From: Nymphaea colorata
Taxonomy: Eukaryota
Length of the DNA stretch: 64,000 bases
Assembly (NCBI RefSeq): GCF_008831285.2
Contig: NC_045138.2
Span: forward strand, 13,020,001 to 13,084,000
Reading direction: 5' to 3'
In this document: piece by piece, positions 11,152 to 23,433 of the stretch
How positions within the stretch are numbered: position 1 is the first letter of the stretch
How the letters are laid out: each line of letters opens with the position of its first letter
Program-made: the position numbers and the translations under genes
The notes under the pieces: model-generated
What the model saw: only the letters and a program-made list of their open reading frames with translations
Database searches by the model: none
Told to the model about the DNA's origin: nothing

Positions 11152-14100
11152 CTCCCCCTCAAGCTTAGCATACATGTCAAACATGCCAAGCTTGCTAACA
11201 TTCTTTTCGAATGAAGAAGTACAAAGCCCTTTAGTTAGGACGTCTGCAACTTGATCTTCAGACTTCATATATGGCAGAATCAGCTCCTTTGAGTCAATGC
11301 GTTCCCGGATAAAATGACGGTCAATCTCCACATGTTTGGTCCTGTCATGTAGAACTGGATTATTGGCAAGATTAATCGCAGACTTGTTGTCACAGTACAT
11401 CTTCATTTTATCTCCCAGTTCCACACCAATATCAGTCAAAAGAATCTTCAGCCACAGCATCTCTGTAACCCCCATTGCAACAGCCCTGTACTCAGCCTCC
11501 GCACTAGACCTCGAACATACTTCTTGCCTCTTACTTCTCCAAACAACTAGGTTACCTCCAAGAAAGATACAATACCCTGTAGTAGACCTCCTTGTGTCAG
11601 TGCAACCTGCCCAATCTGCATCTGAGTAGCCCTCAATGGTAAGTTTGTCCTGTCGAGTATACAACAGTCCTTTTCCTGGGTCATTCTTTAGATATCCCAG
11701 CACTCTTTCTGCACTCTTCCAGTGACAATCCGTGGGAGCATGCATAAATTGACTTAGCACATTTACTGCATACGTGATATCAGGGCGAGTTAGAGTAAGA
11801 TAGATAAGCTTACCTACTAGCCTCTGATATCGCCCTTTTCCTTCCTCATCCAGAATAGTGCCCGTCTTGATACTTATCTTAGTTCCCGACTCTATAGGAG
11901 TAAGATAGGGCCTACAACCAAGTTTGCCTGTCTCCTTTAGTAAGTCAAGAGTGTACTTCCTTTGATTCATAACCAGCCCTGTCTCTGATCGAGCAATCTC
12001 TATCCCCAGAAAGTATCTCAGCTTACCCAGATCCTTGAGGTCGAATTCCTTAGCTAATCTCTCCTTCATCTTTCTGTTTTCTTCTTCGTCACTGCCAGTG
12101 ACAATCATATCATCAACGTAGACAAGGAGAAGACTCACCAGACCACCTCTCTGCTTTATGAATAGGGTATGATCTCCATTTCCTTGCTTGTACCCAGTAG
12201 ACTTCATAACGATCCTTAGTCTCTCAAACCAAGCTCTAGGCGACTGCTTCAAGCCATACAAAGCTTTCTTGAGGTGACAACATTTTCCCTCTTGAACATA
12301 CCCGGGAGGCATGCTCATATAGACTTCTTCCTCCAGATGGCCGTTCAAGAACGCATTTTTAACATCAAGCTGGTCCATGCGCCACTTCCTGTGCACAGCA
12401 AGAGCAAGAATAACCCTCACGGTCTTCAACTTTGCAACAGGGGCAAAGGTCTCAAGATAGTCGATTCCATACTTCTGACTGAACCCCTTTGCAACCAAAC
12501 GAGCTTTATATCGATCTACAGTGCCATCAGGTTTGTACTTCACGTTGTAAACCCACTTAGAGCCAACTAGGTGTGTCCCCTTAGGAATATCAACAACTTC
12601 CCATGTTTTGTTCTTAGCTAACGCACCCATCTCCTCTGTCATAGCATGTAACCACTTGGGATCATCCTTAGCATCATCCACCGACCTGGGAATAACAACT
12701 TTGGATAAGGTTGTGATAAAACATTTGTAATTTGTACTGAGCTTAGCATAAGAAACAAATCTCTGAATAGGGTGAGAAGTACATGACCTGGTGCCTTTGC
12801 GCACAGCAATGGGGAGCTCTTCATTCGATGGACTTGGGTCATCCGGGGAGATCACAGGATTGGGATTGGTTCTATCCTCATCACCAACATCTTCCACTGT
12901 AGCTTTCTCCTTTCTGACATAAACCTGGCCAAACAAGTGATCCCGGGCAACAATGGGCTGAGCATCCACCGTGACCCCTTCCATATGGCTGCCCTTCTCA
13001 TTACTGACCGTGACCGTGTCAATCACACTGGGACTAACCTTGTAATCCAAAAACTCCATAAACTGAATTAGCTGATTAGAGGAATACTCTTCCCCTTTGT
13101 TCCCAAGACACTCCCCCTGAAGAGGATTCACCGAAAAATACGACTCATGTTCATGAAATGTGACATCCCTCGAAACATACACTTTGGAAGTAGTGGGATC
13201 CACACATTTATACCCCTTCTGAGTGGAAGAGTACCCCAGGAAAACTCCTTTAATAGACCGGGGATCAAGTTTTTTGAGAGTAGGGCTATGATTATGCACA
13301 AAACAACTGCACCCAAAGACACGAGGAGTAAGAGGCCACAGGGTAGAATAAGGAGACTGACCATCCAACACCCTAGTAGGCATACGGTTAATGAGATGTG
13401 CACTAGTGAGAAGTGCATCACCCCAATACCGCTTCGGGACATGACGTTGGAACATAATGGCCCGGGTAACATTCAATAGATGACGATTTTTACGTTCAGC
13501 TATACCATTTTGAGGAGGGGTATAACTACAAGAGGTTTCATGAACAATCCCCTTGCCTTTCAAGAATTCATCAAGGGATTGGGAGACATATTCCCTTGCA
13601 TTATCCGTACGGAAAGCTTGAACAGTAGTATGGAATTGAGTCTCAACAAAGGCAACAAAGTTTTTCACAACTGCTGGAACCTCACTACGTTCTCGCAACA
13701 AGTACACGAACGTACATCTAGAGTAATCATCAATAAGCGTCAAAAAATAGTGACAACCACCACACGTGGGTACTCCAGAAGGACCCCAAACATCGGAATG
13801 AACTAAGGCAAACGGATGAGTGGTTTTATTCAAAGAAATAGGGTACGAAGCCCTGACATGTTTAGCCAATTGACACACTTCACAAGCGAAGGAGTCAATT
13901 GAGACAGAAGCAAACAAATGAGGAAACAACTTCTTTATTAACTGGAAGGGTAGATGTCCAAGACGCTCGTGCCATCGCAGAACAGTAGATCTATCGTTCA
14001 CACCAGACAAGTGACCACTCGTGGCAGAAATCAATGCTGAAGCAACTTGTACCGGCAGCCTGTAGAGCCCATCAGTAACCGAACCAATCCCAATCTTCTT

Positions 14101-15438
14101 CCCCGTCACCAAGTCCTGCAGGGAACAATGATCAGCAGAGAAAATCAGATTACAGTTTAATTCTTTAGTAATACTGCTGACAGAGAGTAAGTTCACAGGA
14201 ATATTTGGAACATGCAGGGCATTGTGGAGACGGTATTTGTTCAACAGGGACAAGCTCCCTTTCCCAGCCACAGAGATAGAAGACCCATCTGCCATAGACA
14301 CGCGTTGCTTGCCAGAAGAAAGTTGATATTCTTGAAAGAGTTTAGAGTCCCCTGTCATGTGGTGAGTGGCTCCACTATCAACAATCCAATCACCAAGAGA
14401 AGGGTTACCTTGATCAGTCGAGGCAACGAGAGCTTGGGCTAGCTGAGCCCCTTCAGACGTGGAGGACTCCTCAGGGGTAGTAGATAGACGGCTGATGTAT
14501 GCCTGTAGCTCCTTGAGTTGAGCAGGGGACAACTTGGACTTTGCACCACTAGAAGAATTGCTCTGACTGGAATCAGACACAGAAGGGCTACGCTTGCCAG
14601 AGGGAGGACGACCTCTGACCAGTCTCTTCTCGGGATGAAGATCCCAACAGAAATCCACCGAATGCCCCAACTTGTGGCAATGAGTGCAATGTCGGGCAGG
14701 ACGCTGCCCAGTCCCTGAGGCACGGCTGACAAAGGCAGAAGGACCATGACCGGTGTCAAGATGCATCACCTGGCGACGTTGTTCTTCAGACTCAACACGA
14801 GCATATACTTCCTCTATCCCCGGAATCTCATCACCATTAAGAATCTGGCTACGAATAGACTCAAATTCATCCCGCAGGCCTCCCAGAAACAGAAACGTAC
14901 GGTCCATCCATTCCTTTTCCCAGTAGAGGGAATGATCTGAACCGCATGTCCACTCATCAGTCACATGATAATCTAACTCCTCCCACTTGGTCTTCAGGGC
15001 AGCATAGAAGGCAGCAACAGACAAATCACCCTGTGTCAGAGAGTAAATACTGCGTTTAATCTGATAGGTGCGCAAATGTCTCTTCTTGCGACCATACATC
15101 TTTGCAAGCACAGTCCACATATCAAAAGAGGTCGGCTTCCGCAGAATGAGGGGCTGAATATCGGATGACACGGAGCTGATAATCCACACCTTCACTTGGC
15201 TGTCCTCCAACGCCCACGTCGCCCATTGAGGATCAGATTTGATGGGCGCAGGTTTGTCGCCAGTGATGTAAGAGAGACGCCCACGGCTAGTAATCCCAAT
15301 CTCGAGAGCGGCAGACCAAGATAGGTAATTGTCCTTGGTCAGACGGATGGAGGTGACCTGGATCGGCACGTTCTCAGTCTTGGAGGCGCTGCCCGTGTCA
15401 AGAACGGCATCTTTTTGAGTCCCCATCGCTTCTGCCAT
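11146..15438 (-). CDS. Copia gag-pol polyprotein, 1430 aa from the ATG at 15438, uninterrupted
   Basis: Gag (RLTKDNYLSW...), CCHC knuckle CTHCHKLGHSVDFC, protease WIVDSGATHHM, integrase HHCC (WHERLGH...CEVC) and DDE (HSDVWG, RTDNARE, GIAERKNR), RT (YKARLVAKGF, LDVKNAFLNG, LYGLKQSPRAW, YVDD), RNase H (YSDADWAG, AEAEY, CDNKSA, HDRTKH). The TAG stop lies inside the 3' LTR. Confidence 0.97.
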   Translation of the reverse strand: MAEAMGTQKDAVLDTGSASKTENVPIQVTSIRLTKDNYLSWSAALEIGITSRGRLSYITGDKPAPIKSDPQWATWALEDSQVKVWIISSVSSDIQPLILRKPTSFDMWTVLAKMYGRKKRHLRTYQIKRSIYSLTQGDLSVAAFYAALKTKWEELDYHVTDEWTCGSDHSLYWEKEWMDRTFLFLGGLRDEFESIRSQILNGDEIPGIEEVYARVESEEQRRQVMHLDTGHGPSAFVSRASGTGQRPARHCTHCHKLGHSVDFCWDLHPEKRLVRGRPPSGKRSPSVSDSSQSNSSSGAKSKLSPAQLKELQAYISRLSTTPEESSTSEGAQLAQALVASTDQGNPSLGDWIVDSGATHHMTGDSKLFQEYQLSSGKQRVSMADGSSISVAGKGSLSLLNKYRLHNALHVPNIPVNLLSVSSITKELNCNLIFSADHCSLQDLVTGKKIGIGSVTDGLYRLPVQVASALISATSGHLSGVNDRSTVLRWHERLGHLPFQLIKKLFPHLFASVSIDSFACEVCQLAKHVRASYPISLNKTTHPFALVHSDVWGPSGVPTCGGCHYFLTLIDDYSRCTFVYLLRERSEVPAVVKNFVAFVETQFHTTVQAFRTDNAREYVSQSLDEFLKGKGIVHETSCSYTPPQNGIAERKNRHLLNVTRAIMFQRHVPKRYWGDALLTSAHLINRMPTRVLDGQSPYSTLWPLTPRVFGCSCFVHNHSPTLKKLDPRSIKGVFLGYSSTQKGYKCVDPTTSKVYVSRDVTFHEHESYFSVNPLQGECLGNKGEEYSSNQLIQFMEFLDYKVSPSVIDTVTVSNEKGSHMEGVTVDAQPIVARDHLFGQVYVRKEKATVEDVGDEDRTNPNPVISPDDPSPSNEELPIAVRKGTRSCTSHPIQRFVSYAKLSTNYKCFITTLSKVVIPRSVDDAKDDPKWLHAMTEEMGALAKNKTWEVVDIPKGTHLVGSKWVYNVKYKPDGTVDRYKARLVAKGFSQKYGIDYLETFAPVAKLKTVRVILALAVHRKWRMDQLDVKNAFLNGHLEEEVYMSMPPGYVQEGKCCHLKKALYGLKQSPRAWFERLRIVMKSTGYKQGNGDHTLFIKQRGGLVSLLLVYVDDMIVTGSDEEENRKMKERLAKEFDLKDLGKLRYFLGIEIARSETGLVMNQRKYTLDLLKETGKLGCRPYLTPIESGTKISIKTGTILDEEGKGRYQRLVGKLIYLTLTRPDITYAVNVLSQFMHAPTDCHWKSAERVLGYLKNDPGKGLLYTRQDKLTIEGYSDADWAGCTDTRRSTTGYCIFLGGNLVVWRSKRQEVCSRSSAEAEYRAVAMGVTEMLWLKILLTDIGVELGDKMKMYCDNKSAINLANNPVLHDRTKHVEIDRHFIRERIDSKELILPYMKSEDQVADVLTKGLCTSSFEKNVSKLGMFDMYAKLEGEC
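11152..11162 (-). promoter_or_regulatory. Polypurine tract
   Basis: Minus strand TTGAGGGGGAG directly before the TG of the 3' LTR. Confidence 0.9.
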
Positions 15439-15803
15439 CACAAACTAGCACACAGCAACAAGAGGCACAGCAGCGGGAATGAGGCAACGGCGTCGGGAAG
15501 GAGGCAGCGGCGACGGCGGCGGGAATGAGGCAGAGGCAACGTAAAGCAGGCGACGGCGCAACACAGAGGCCACCCACGGTGGCAGAAACAAAGAACAGGA
15601 CGAACGGAGGACCGCGGAGGCGTAACAGAGGGCGGCGGAACAGAGGACGGCGGCGGCGGAACAGAGGACGGCGGCGGCGGAACAAAGGACAGCGGCGGCA
15701 AAGCAGGGCGACGTCACACGGGCAGCAGCGGCGCCGGAACTTCAACGGCGTCGGGCGACGAAAAAACTTGACGATCCTCGGAAAAAACGCTTCTCCAACT
15801 CCG

Positions 15804-15818
15804 CTGGCTCTGATACCA
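15804..15818 (-). promoter_or_regulatory. Primer-binding site complementary to initiator tRNA-Met
   Basis: Minus strand TGGTATCAGAGCCAG abuts the 5' LTR. This is the canonical plant tRNAiMet PBS. Confidence 0.95.
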
Positions 15819-16104
15819 TGTAGAAACACGAACCACACAGAGAGAAAGTGGAGAACGAACACACAATCTACGTGGAAAACCTCAGAAAGAGGTGAAAAAC
15901 CACGGGGAGGCTCTGACCTAGGGGCACACCGCAACCCTAGGAGAGAGAAAATTATATTTCACTTAATTCAACACTAAACACAAGTGACAATATAAAGAGG
16001 GAGAGAGGAGAAGCCGCCTAGGGTACCGAGCCCGCCTCGATACCCGCGCCCCATAGAACCGGGTCCAGGAATGGATCCGGTTCCCACAGCAACATATTCT
16101 AACA
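15819..16104 (-). repeat. 5' LTR (286 bp)
   Basis: Direct repeat of 10866-11151, immediately followed on the minus strand by the PBS. Confidence 0.97.
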
Positions 16105-19100
16105 GTGTATATGGCATAGTATGTTTGTGCACAATTGGCCTTTTGTTAACGGCGGTTGGTTTCCTCGAATTAAAATTTGTCAATTCCTGTTATCAGCCTA
16201 TCAATTCCATATATGTACTTCCGATTGTTCAAACGACAAAGATGTGGGAGGATTTGGGGATAGACACCGATGTAGATGAAGATGATGAAGGTCGAGGTTC
16301 CGAGATGCTATGATGGAAGAAAGAAGAACATCGACAATCCCTTTCTCGTTGGTTGAATTTCCAAGGTACGACCCCATGACACATTGCCTTTCCAGTTCTG
16401 TAGCCTGTAGGTTTCTATGTATCGTCTCGCTCTCGTTCTCTGTTAGCGTCTGTGTCTAATCTTTCATCCATTGGAAGGGCCTGGTTAGGTCTTTCAAATG
16501 CGACACGTGGTGTGTATGTTGGAAGCTGTGCGTCCCTTGAAAAGCTAGAACTCCTAAGGGTTCCGATCTCTCATCTGTGCGCATTGGCGCGATCGTTAAG
16601 CTTTCTGAAGGATGTATGGTTGTTTGTTGCACAAAATTGCAGCGGATATTTGTCTCCTACACTTTTTTGCAATGAAATATGCTCTCCTTCTGTCAACCAG
16701 CTGCAATATAGATTTCTTCGCTGAAGCCTTCCTTCTGTTTTTCTTTATTCTTTTTTTTTTCTCTCTACATTCTTATGTGCCACTAATTGTATTAGATATA
16801 ACATGTTAACGAGTTAGAGTATATTCTTTATCCCTCTAACTCGGCTTGTGAACATCTCTACTAATAACTCATACTTGAAGTCAAAACCAATTCAGCATAA
16901 GTAGCTTATCATCATCAAACCATTCATGTGACACGCACACGCACATCGAAGCTTGACCACCAAGAACAATCCAAGATGCCCGCCCTTCAAAGCTGTTTAT
17001 CACCCTTAAACTTGCCCTGTTGATGTCCAAGATGCTCATCTGCCAACCAACAAATTGTCCAATTCACTTGATGTTCTTTAAAGTTTTTAAGGTTGAATGT
17101 TAAGCTTCCTGAAAGACATTTATTACGCATTTAAAGCGGAAGGTAAAATATAGGCTGACTTCACCTAAACTGACACAGAACTTCCAGGGTATATTTGGGT
17201 CTATATTTGTTATTAAAGATTTCATAGAAGTTCAAATTTGATGAGTAAGTTATTTGAAGATTCCAAGGAGTAATCATGCATAATAAGAACTTATTTATTT
17301 CGATAACTATTAAGTACTGAGAGGAATTTTACTGGTCATTCAGATTCTTCTAATGATCTTTGCATACGTAGTAGCATAGGCAGCATTTACTTGTTATGGA
17401 TGTTCATGGAGGGAATTTTTTCCTATTTTTTATATGCAACTTTGAACCTAACCTACATTATGCAATTTGGCAACGTTTCAAGCGTGTCTTGAATATCAAC
17501 CAAATTCTGTTGATTGATGATGAACCACATCTCAATCAACTATCAGGAACAAGAACCCGTTCAGATTCAGTTGCATTTGTTTTCAACTTTTTCAATTCAT
17601 GAACCTCTGTTTACAATGACAAGGTTTTTTTTTATATATATATATTAAATTGTTTGTTTAATGTTTAACTTTTTAATTAAGAAATCTCTTGTTTTTGTAA
17701 TTTTGAAATCATAGATCAAGGTAAACTACGTATTCTATTTATCCATTTGATAGATGATGCATTGACTTTGGTCATGTGACGTTTCCTGTACCATAGTCGC
17801 TTCTAGATCCATGTGCAGCTCTGTAATGGAAGCTCTCTGATCATTCGTAGTTATATGTTATTTATAACATTGACGGAAGATGAAGTTGGAAGGATGCATG
17901 AGAGTTTACCATTGATCTTGTTTCATAATTCATTCACATTAACTCGTGGATAATGTTGCTCTTGGTAAGTTTCTGGCTTTGATTTTGAAAAAAAACTGTT
18001 AGTCCATAAGTTGACGATGCTCATTGAATAGGCCACCATAATCCAATTGATGCAGCTAGTTGTGTTCGGCCATAATATGTCTTCAAACCATCGATTATGT
18101 TGGTGGTTCTATTTCGATTGAGACATTCTAAAATCAATAGTAGTGCAACTTCCATTTCTTTGATTGTGGTTGCTATTGCTGTATTTTGCTTATCAATGAT
18201 GGGCTTTTGGCCCAGACTGAGTCTTAGAGATGTGTACAAAAGGGATTGAAAATCTGGGTGGTTAAGTTTGCTGGAGACTTACTTAATCCTTATTAGGTTT
18301 CCTAGCAGAACTTCGTTCATGAGGTTTGTGCATACATAGTAACATAAACCAGAAGGGAAGAGGGAATCATCTGAACTAGTTTGGTTGAGAGCAAGGCTTG
18401 TATTCTTTAGTGAGTTCTTAGTTCACATTCTGTTCAAATATTAGACATACTCATGTTGGTCTCTATAAAAACCTCTCTGGTTCATGGTCACTATATGTTT
18501 GGTTTGATATCCATAATTTGTCTGTTGCAAGGGACCTTTTCTGTTTCGTAGAGGGGAATTTAAGGGAATCAATTTTGAGGGAGTTTTTTCATGCAAACAC
18601 CAAGATGCTTCTGGACAGCAATATGAAGAATGGCAAATGATGTAGCTGCCAAAGGTGAATGGTGGTTGTTGTTGGATTGCTCGTGCACACTTCAGAAGCA
18701 AGTCCCAACTTCCATTGGTTGCGGAATGATCAGGTGCAATACCACAGGCATCAAACTGAGGTCGATTCCTCAAAACATTTCCTTCATTTATGTGCAATCA
18801 TATTACGAGAAACACCCGCAGAAAATCCCACGTTCGACATGAATTCCTCCAAGCGCTTTGCATTTGTCAGCTAGAGGTAGAGGTAACTGATCATGATTCT
18901 ACATACTTAAATAAACATAATTTCAATGCTAAACGAAATTGAACAATTGAAATAGGAAATAATGTGGACTGCAGTTTTCGAACAATGAAGCCAATTAGAA
19001 TGACAAACTATCCGATATTAGGAAGTCTGAGTATGAAAGAGTGCACTAGTGCACAGTGCAGAAATCAACATGTCAAGTTGATTTTTCATAAACAGTTTAT

Positions 19101-19234
19101 TAAACAGATAAATGTGTTTTAGCATCAAAGATATATGTGTTAAATTACCAGAGAGAGAGAGAGAGAAGAGAGGTAGGCTGGCAGCCTGGCACCTTAGGTG
19201 CACGCTTCACGGACTGGGGCGTGCGTTCCAAATA

Positions 19235-19480
19235 ACACCGGCTGTATTTTCAGCCGGTTTGCATGATTAGTTTTAATAACGTATACCGGTGGCTAATATC
19301 ACCGTTATAGGTCTACAGCGGTGAACACTTCCAACGGCGACGACCAGCACCGGTAAAAGTATGATTTAGCGGGGGAAAGTATCATCGGTATAAGAAAGTA
19401 TAGCGTCGAAAAAACGCACCGGTATAGACAAATACCGGTAGTCTTCGTCGCCGCTATTGAGCTATAACGGTGGTTTTTTG
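19235..19480. mobile_element. Probable CACTA (En/Spm) subterminal-repeat fragment (also ~57731-57975)
   Basis: Dense short motifs in both orientations (ACCGGT, TAGCGG, CCGCTA, ACGGTG) in a CpG-rich patch. No CACTA terminus was seen. Confidence 0.45.
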
Positions 19481-21611
19481 CCAAGCATGTCTTCCGTTGT
19501 TGTTTAACAAGAATCAGCTTGAATTTGAAGTGCTTCGTTTACCTTTTGTTTTATATATAATTCAAGCTGTTAAATACAAGATTCCCATACCTTCAAATAT
19601 GCCTATTACCGTTCAAATTTGATGTAAGTTCTGGTAATTATATTTTTTCACATTCACGAGACATGACGGCATGGGTCTGTCAGTTTTGTTTAGAAATCAG
19701 GGAAGTCTTTGGGATCATTTACAGGTGTGCCGAGACATTTAAAGAAATTTAGTACAGGTTGCATCTCAATTGAATCAGCAGAAAAGAAACGTTGCATCTG
19801 GTATTTAATTGATTGTGGGAGTGCAGATCTGTCTGAAGTAATTGCACTGACGTTCAAGTGAAATTAAGCAGATAGTTAAATAACAAATGAATAAACGAGC
19901 CTTGTATAACACTACATCTTCAGCCCAAAGAGGACTGGTGTAAAATCTTGTCTTCAAAAGCAGATTTTCCAATTATATTTGTTGTTCTCGACTTCAGACT
20001 TGAGGGTCTCATTAGTTTACATTCATGATTCTGTCAAATTGTTGATGTGAGAACAATATACGTAAAATCTCTTGCTTATGAAGTTCGCATGAGTCTCAAC
20101 TCAGGGGAGATTTGAGATGCAACCCTGTATATTCAGAATGCAATTTATGCATCTTTACTGGTGCTGCCGTACTTTCTTCTGCTGAATCTACTGTCATATG
20201 TTAGTTCGGTTGATACTGGTGTGAGGTGCAATAAGAAGAGCGTTGTCAATATGGTTACTGGGGATGCTGCGAGGTGATCAAGTTTCTAAGACTAATCAGT
20301 CACGCTCGAAAGCGTCAAGCACACAAGTAGGATCATTGCTGACCAGACTGGACTTCAATTGTTGTATAGTGGCATTCCGATTCGAGATTGAAGGCATTTC
20401 AAAGGTACCGTTTGCTTCATGAATGGAACCTGTTATCTGGATCTGCACATGGCAGGCAGATCAAATATTAAACGAACTCTTACTCTGGGATTATTTGAAT
20501 GGAAAGAGTAAGTTTTGCACAATATTCATCATGTGACTAATATAGGTTCAATTTTTATCTTCAAAATCAACAGTTGTGAACTTGACAAAACTTGTAGGAC
20601 GTGCTTCTCGCTTGTTATATTATCAATTGCTTAGACCGTTTTTGTTTATAAAATAGACATGATAACTAACTTTAGGACTTATTATGGACAGAAAGCTGTC
20701 CTTTTTTGGTTTTCTTAACTTGTTTGATCTGTAAAATTTAATTTAGTGTATTGGTCAGTCGCTGTCTTTCTCAGCTTCCAATATTTGACTTAAAAAACCA
20801 ATTACTTGACCTTAATTCTCATTGTTTTACATTTAAATCATGTCTAGTACAGCACCTAATTGTGATTGCAACAAAGGCATGAGAACAGAGGCAAGAGAAA
20901 CAAACCAAACAGGAATATGTCGAGGCTTCTGTTGGGCATGTATTCATTGACCAAAATCCTCTCTTCTCTTCCCTTCCTCTTCAATACAACAGCCTATAAG
21001 CTGGCTTTGCTATTAACCTCACTTCATTCATAAGCTCCATAGACAGCTAATTCCTGCATACCCTTTCAATCACAAAATGTAAACTTATTATCTGTTTTTC
21101 TTTTTCGTCAATGACTGGAAATCCAACAAGCAGATTGTCCACTAGAAGCACTTGAATTCTTATAAGCCTCAAATAGCCTGTGTGAGACAATGTCATCATG
21201 CCTTTGAGAAGTCCACTATTTATCACCCTTTATGCCATTTTCAGTAGTGGATTAATCTGATTTCTGCCAATTTTTTAATCTGACTCTACTTATAAACCAA
21301 AAGGCTCAAATCTAAAAGTGATCAGGAAAGAAAAATTCAAAATCCGACAATCTCTTAGGTCTCTCTAATTTCTAACAAACTTAAAGTAATATAAAAACTG
21401 TTGATTTGGATTCATATAGAATCCAATCCAATTTGTCGGATTTTGACAAATTCTTTTAACCTATATTTTAAATCTTGTGAGTTTTTCTAGGAATTCGATT
21501 TCCGAGAACCATCCGCGCACGGTATCTGGCGACACATGCCAGACGATCATAAATAATGGAGCACAAATTATATCTATATATATATACACAAACACACATG
21601 TAAAGAAGTGT

Positions 21612-21647
<36 letters not shown>

Positions 21648-21667
21648 GAGAGGGATATAAGTGATAG

Positions 21668-21796
21668 TTTGTATGCAGAACCGAAGCCACCTTGTATAAG
21701 CTTATTGATTGGAAGAAATTTTTGGTTGCTGCCATGATAAGTTGTAGGTCAAATAGTGCCAGCTCCAAGCTTTCGCTCTTTTTATTTTTTCCCACA
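21668..21796 (-). pseudogene. Receptor-like kinase (S-domain/CRK-type) exon fragment, frameshifted copy
   Basis: ELALFDLQLIMAATKNF..., with a 1-nt deletion relative to the copy at 60163-60292. Confidence 0.7.
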
Positions 21797-23333
21797 CTGA
21801 ATATTAGCAGGATGGCGTGCTTTTTTTTAATGAATCTATGCCCACCTCAAACCAATGTAATTTCAGTGAGAAGCATGAAAGTTCTAGCACATTGAATTTC
21901 TTCGTTCCAGAAGAGACCTCCTCTTACCATGCATCACAGTAGTGCATTTTTTTACTTTGCATTGCTTCTTTGTTTTAATGACATGATAATACACAGTTTT
22001 TATGCTCACAAGAGCTGATTATCAAATGAATAATCCGCCATTTCATTTCAGAATTTGATAATTTAAAGTCACAAAACCGCAGTATTTTAAAAATAAACTA
22101 AAAAAACGCCAGATTTTAATTTGCAACGCGTTTTTTAAAAAAACGGTCCGCTCGAAAAAAAACGCGTTTTCTTCGCGTCTTCTTTTACGCTTCTTTCGTT
22201 TGAGGCTGACGGTGGCATCATTTGTAATTTTAAAAAACATTTAATGGTAGATGCGGAATAAATTTTATAAAACCTTGAAGGGCATTTTAGGGTTTTAGAG
22301 TTTTGCAAATTTCCGACTTCCAACAGCCGAAACAGGAAAACTCGTCGGCATTTTAGGGTTTTGCAAATTTCCGACTTCCAACTCGCCATTCCGATGGAAT
22401 GACTCACCGGCGTTTCTCCCTTGACCGATTTCCTGTGAGCGGCAACCACAAAGGTGGTACTTGCCGTCGGACCGGTGCTTTTTCCGGCACCCAGCAGATC
22501 TCCGACCGGCGAGAAGCAGCCACAGCGGTAGGATTCGATTACAAACGATGGATGTCGCGGTCTATTTTAATGAATTTCAGTCTGTTTGTGTTGGATCTTT
22601 TAGTTTATTGTTCCTTGGCTTTTTTTTTTGTTGTTTTGGTTTTTTTTTTAAGCTATGCTTCTGTCCCGTCAGATTCTCTGTCCGTTAGAAACTCTTCGGT
22701 TTTTGTTTTTGAATTTTCCTTGCCGTGGAATGGATAACGGGTTACGTGTATTTCTGATTTTTTTTTTTTTGTTTCTGTGGAATCCATGTTTTGTGCGTAG
22801 CTCTTCCGCTGAAGACTGGTTTCAGTTTCCTTTTGTGTTTGATGGCCTGGAGTTTTTGATTCCAGAATTGAAAAGACTTGTTTGATGAAATGATAATTAA
22901 AAATCTGGAATTCAATTACTGTTGGATATCAGCAGCACACAAATGCAGCCATTCCATCCCAAGTGGAGCATCTTCATCAGATCAGTTGAACTTATTGTAG
23001 GCTTTGATCCGTGCACCAGCTTCCTTAACAAAGGCTTCCGATCAAATGACAAATTAGAATCTATTTTTGAGTTTCGTCATCTGCAAGTTTTTCAACTGAA
23101 AAGTGATGCTTCATTTTAGATGGTAAAGAATGAGAATGGGTTGGTCGTGTTGCCCAAATAACTAATTGAACTGTGGTCCAGCAGAGAGAGAGAGATATGA
23201 CAAAAATAACAGTGAGTACACCAACAATAATCACGATAGAAAGGAATGAATTCCAAGGTTCATAAAAAACATAAATTTATGCTCATTAACATCTAAAGCA
23301 GTTTTCGGGTTATCTGATAACACTTGGAAAGGC

Positions 23334-23433
23334 NNNNNNNNNNNNNNNNNNNNNNNNNNNNNNNNNNNNNNNNNNNNNNNNNNNNNNNNNNNNNNNNNNN
23401 NNNNNNNNNNNNNNNNNNNNNNNNNNNNNNNNN
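23334..23433. other. Assembly gap (100 N)
   Basis: Exactly 100 Ns, typical of a scaffold join of unknown size. Confidence 0.99.

Larger units (their letters stand above)
10866..16104 (-). mobile_element. Full-length Ty1/copia LTR retrotransposon (5239 bp; Ale/Retrofit-like architecture)
   Basis: Two 286-bp LTRs with TG...CA ends, 5-bp TSD GTGTA (10861-10865 and 16105-16109), tRNA-Met PBS, PPT, and a single gag-pol ORF in copia domain order. Lineage is inferred only from the short LTRs, ~5-kb size and ORF reading into the 3' LTR. Confidence 0.98.
8029..23333. repeat. Duplicated block B, copy 1 (matches 51897-61833 apart from the copia insertion)
   Basis: Collinear, about 99% identical by eye with scattered indels. 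ORF-track pairs such as 16452/54931, 17396/55875 and 22922/61420 match. Ends exactly at the N gap. Confidence 0.96.

Noticed and set aside
11336..14940. Short antisense and alternate-frame ORFs inside the copia ORF
   Set aside because: Shadow ORFs of gag-pol with no independent motifs.
15804..15818. tRNA gene
   Set aside because: Only the 15-nt PBS is present; there is no cloverleaf.
15398..15977. Arg-, Pro- and Ala-rich ORFs of 87-178 aa
   Set aside because: Translations of the GC-rich 21-bp repeats in the retrotransposon leader and LTR.
18441..20410. Exon-like stretches (18540-18870, 20200-20403; similar ones at 22920-23120, 47400-47600 and 62900-63080)
   Set aside because: Coding-like composition, but no protein family could be recognised and most frames contain stops. 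A BLASTx search is needed.
22060..22330. Possible MULE terminal inverted repeat (also ~60560-60830)
   Set aside because: No partner TIR or 9-bp TSD was found in the window.
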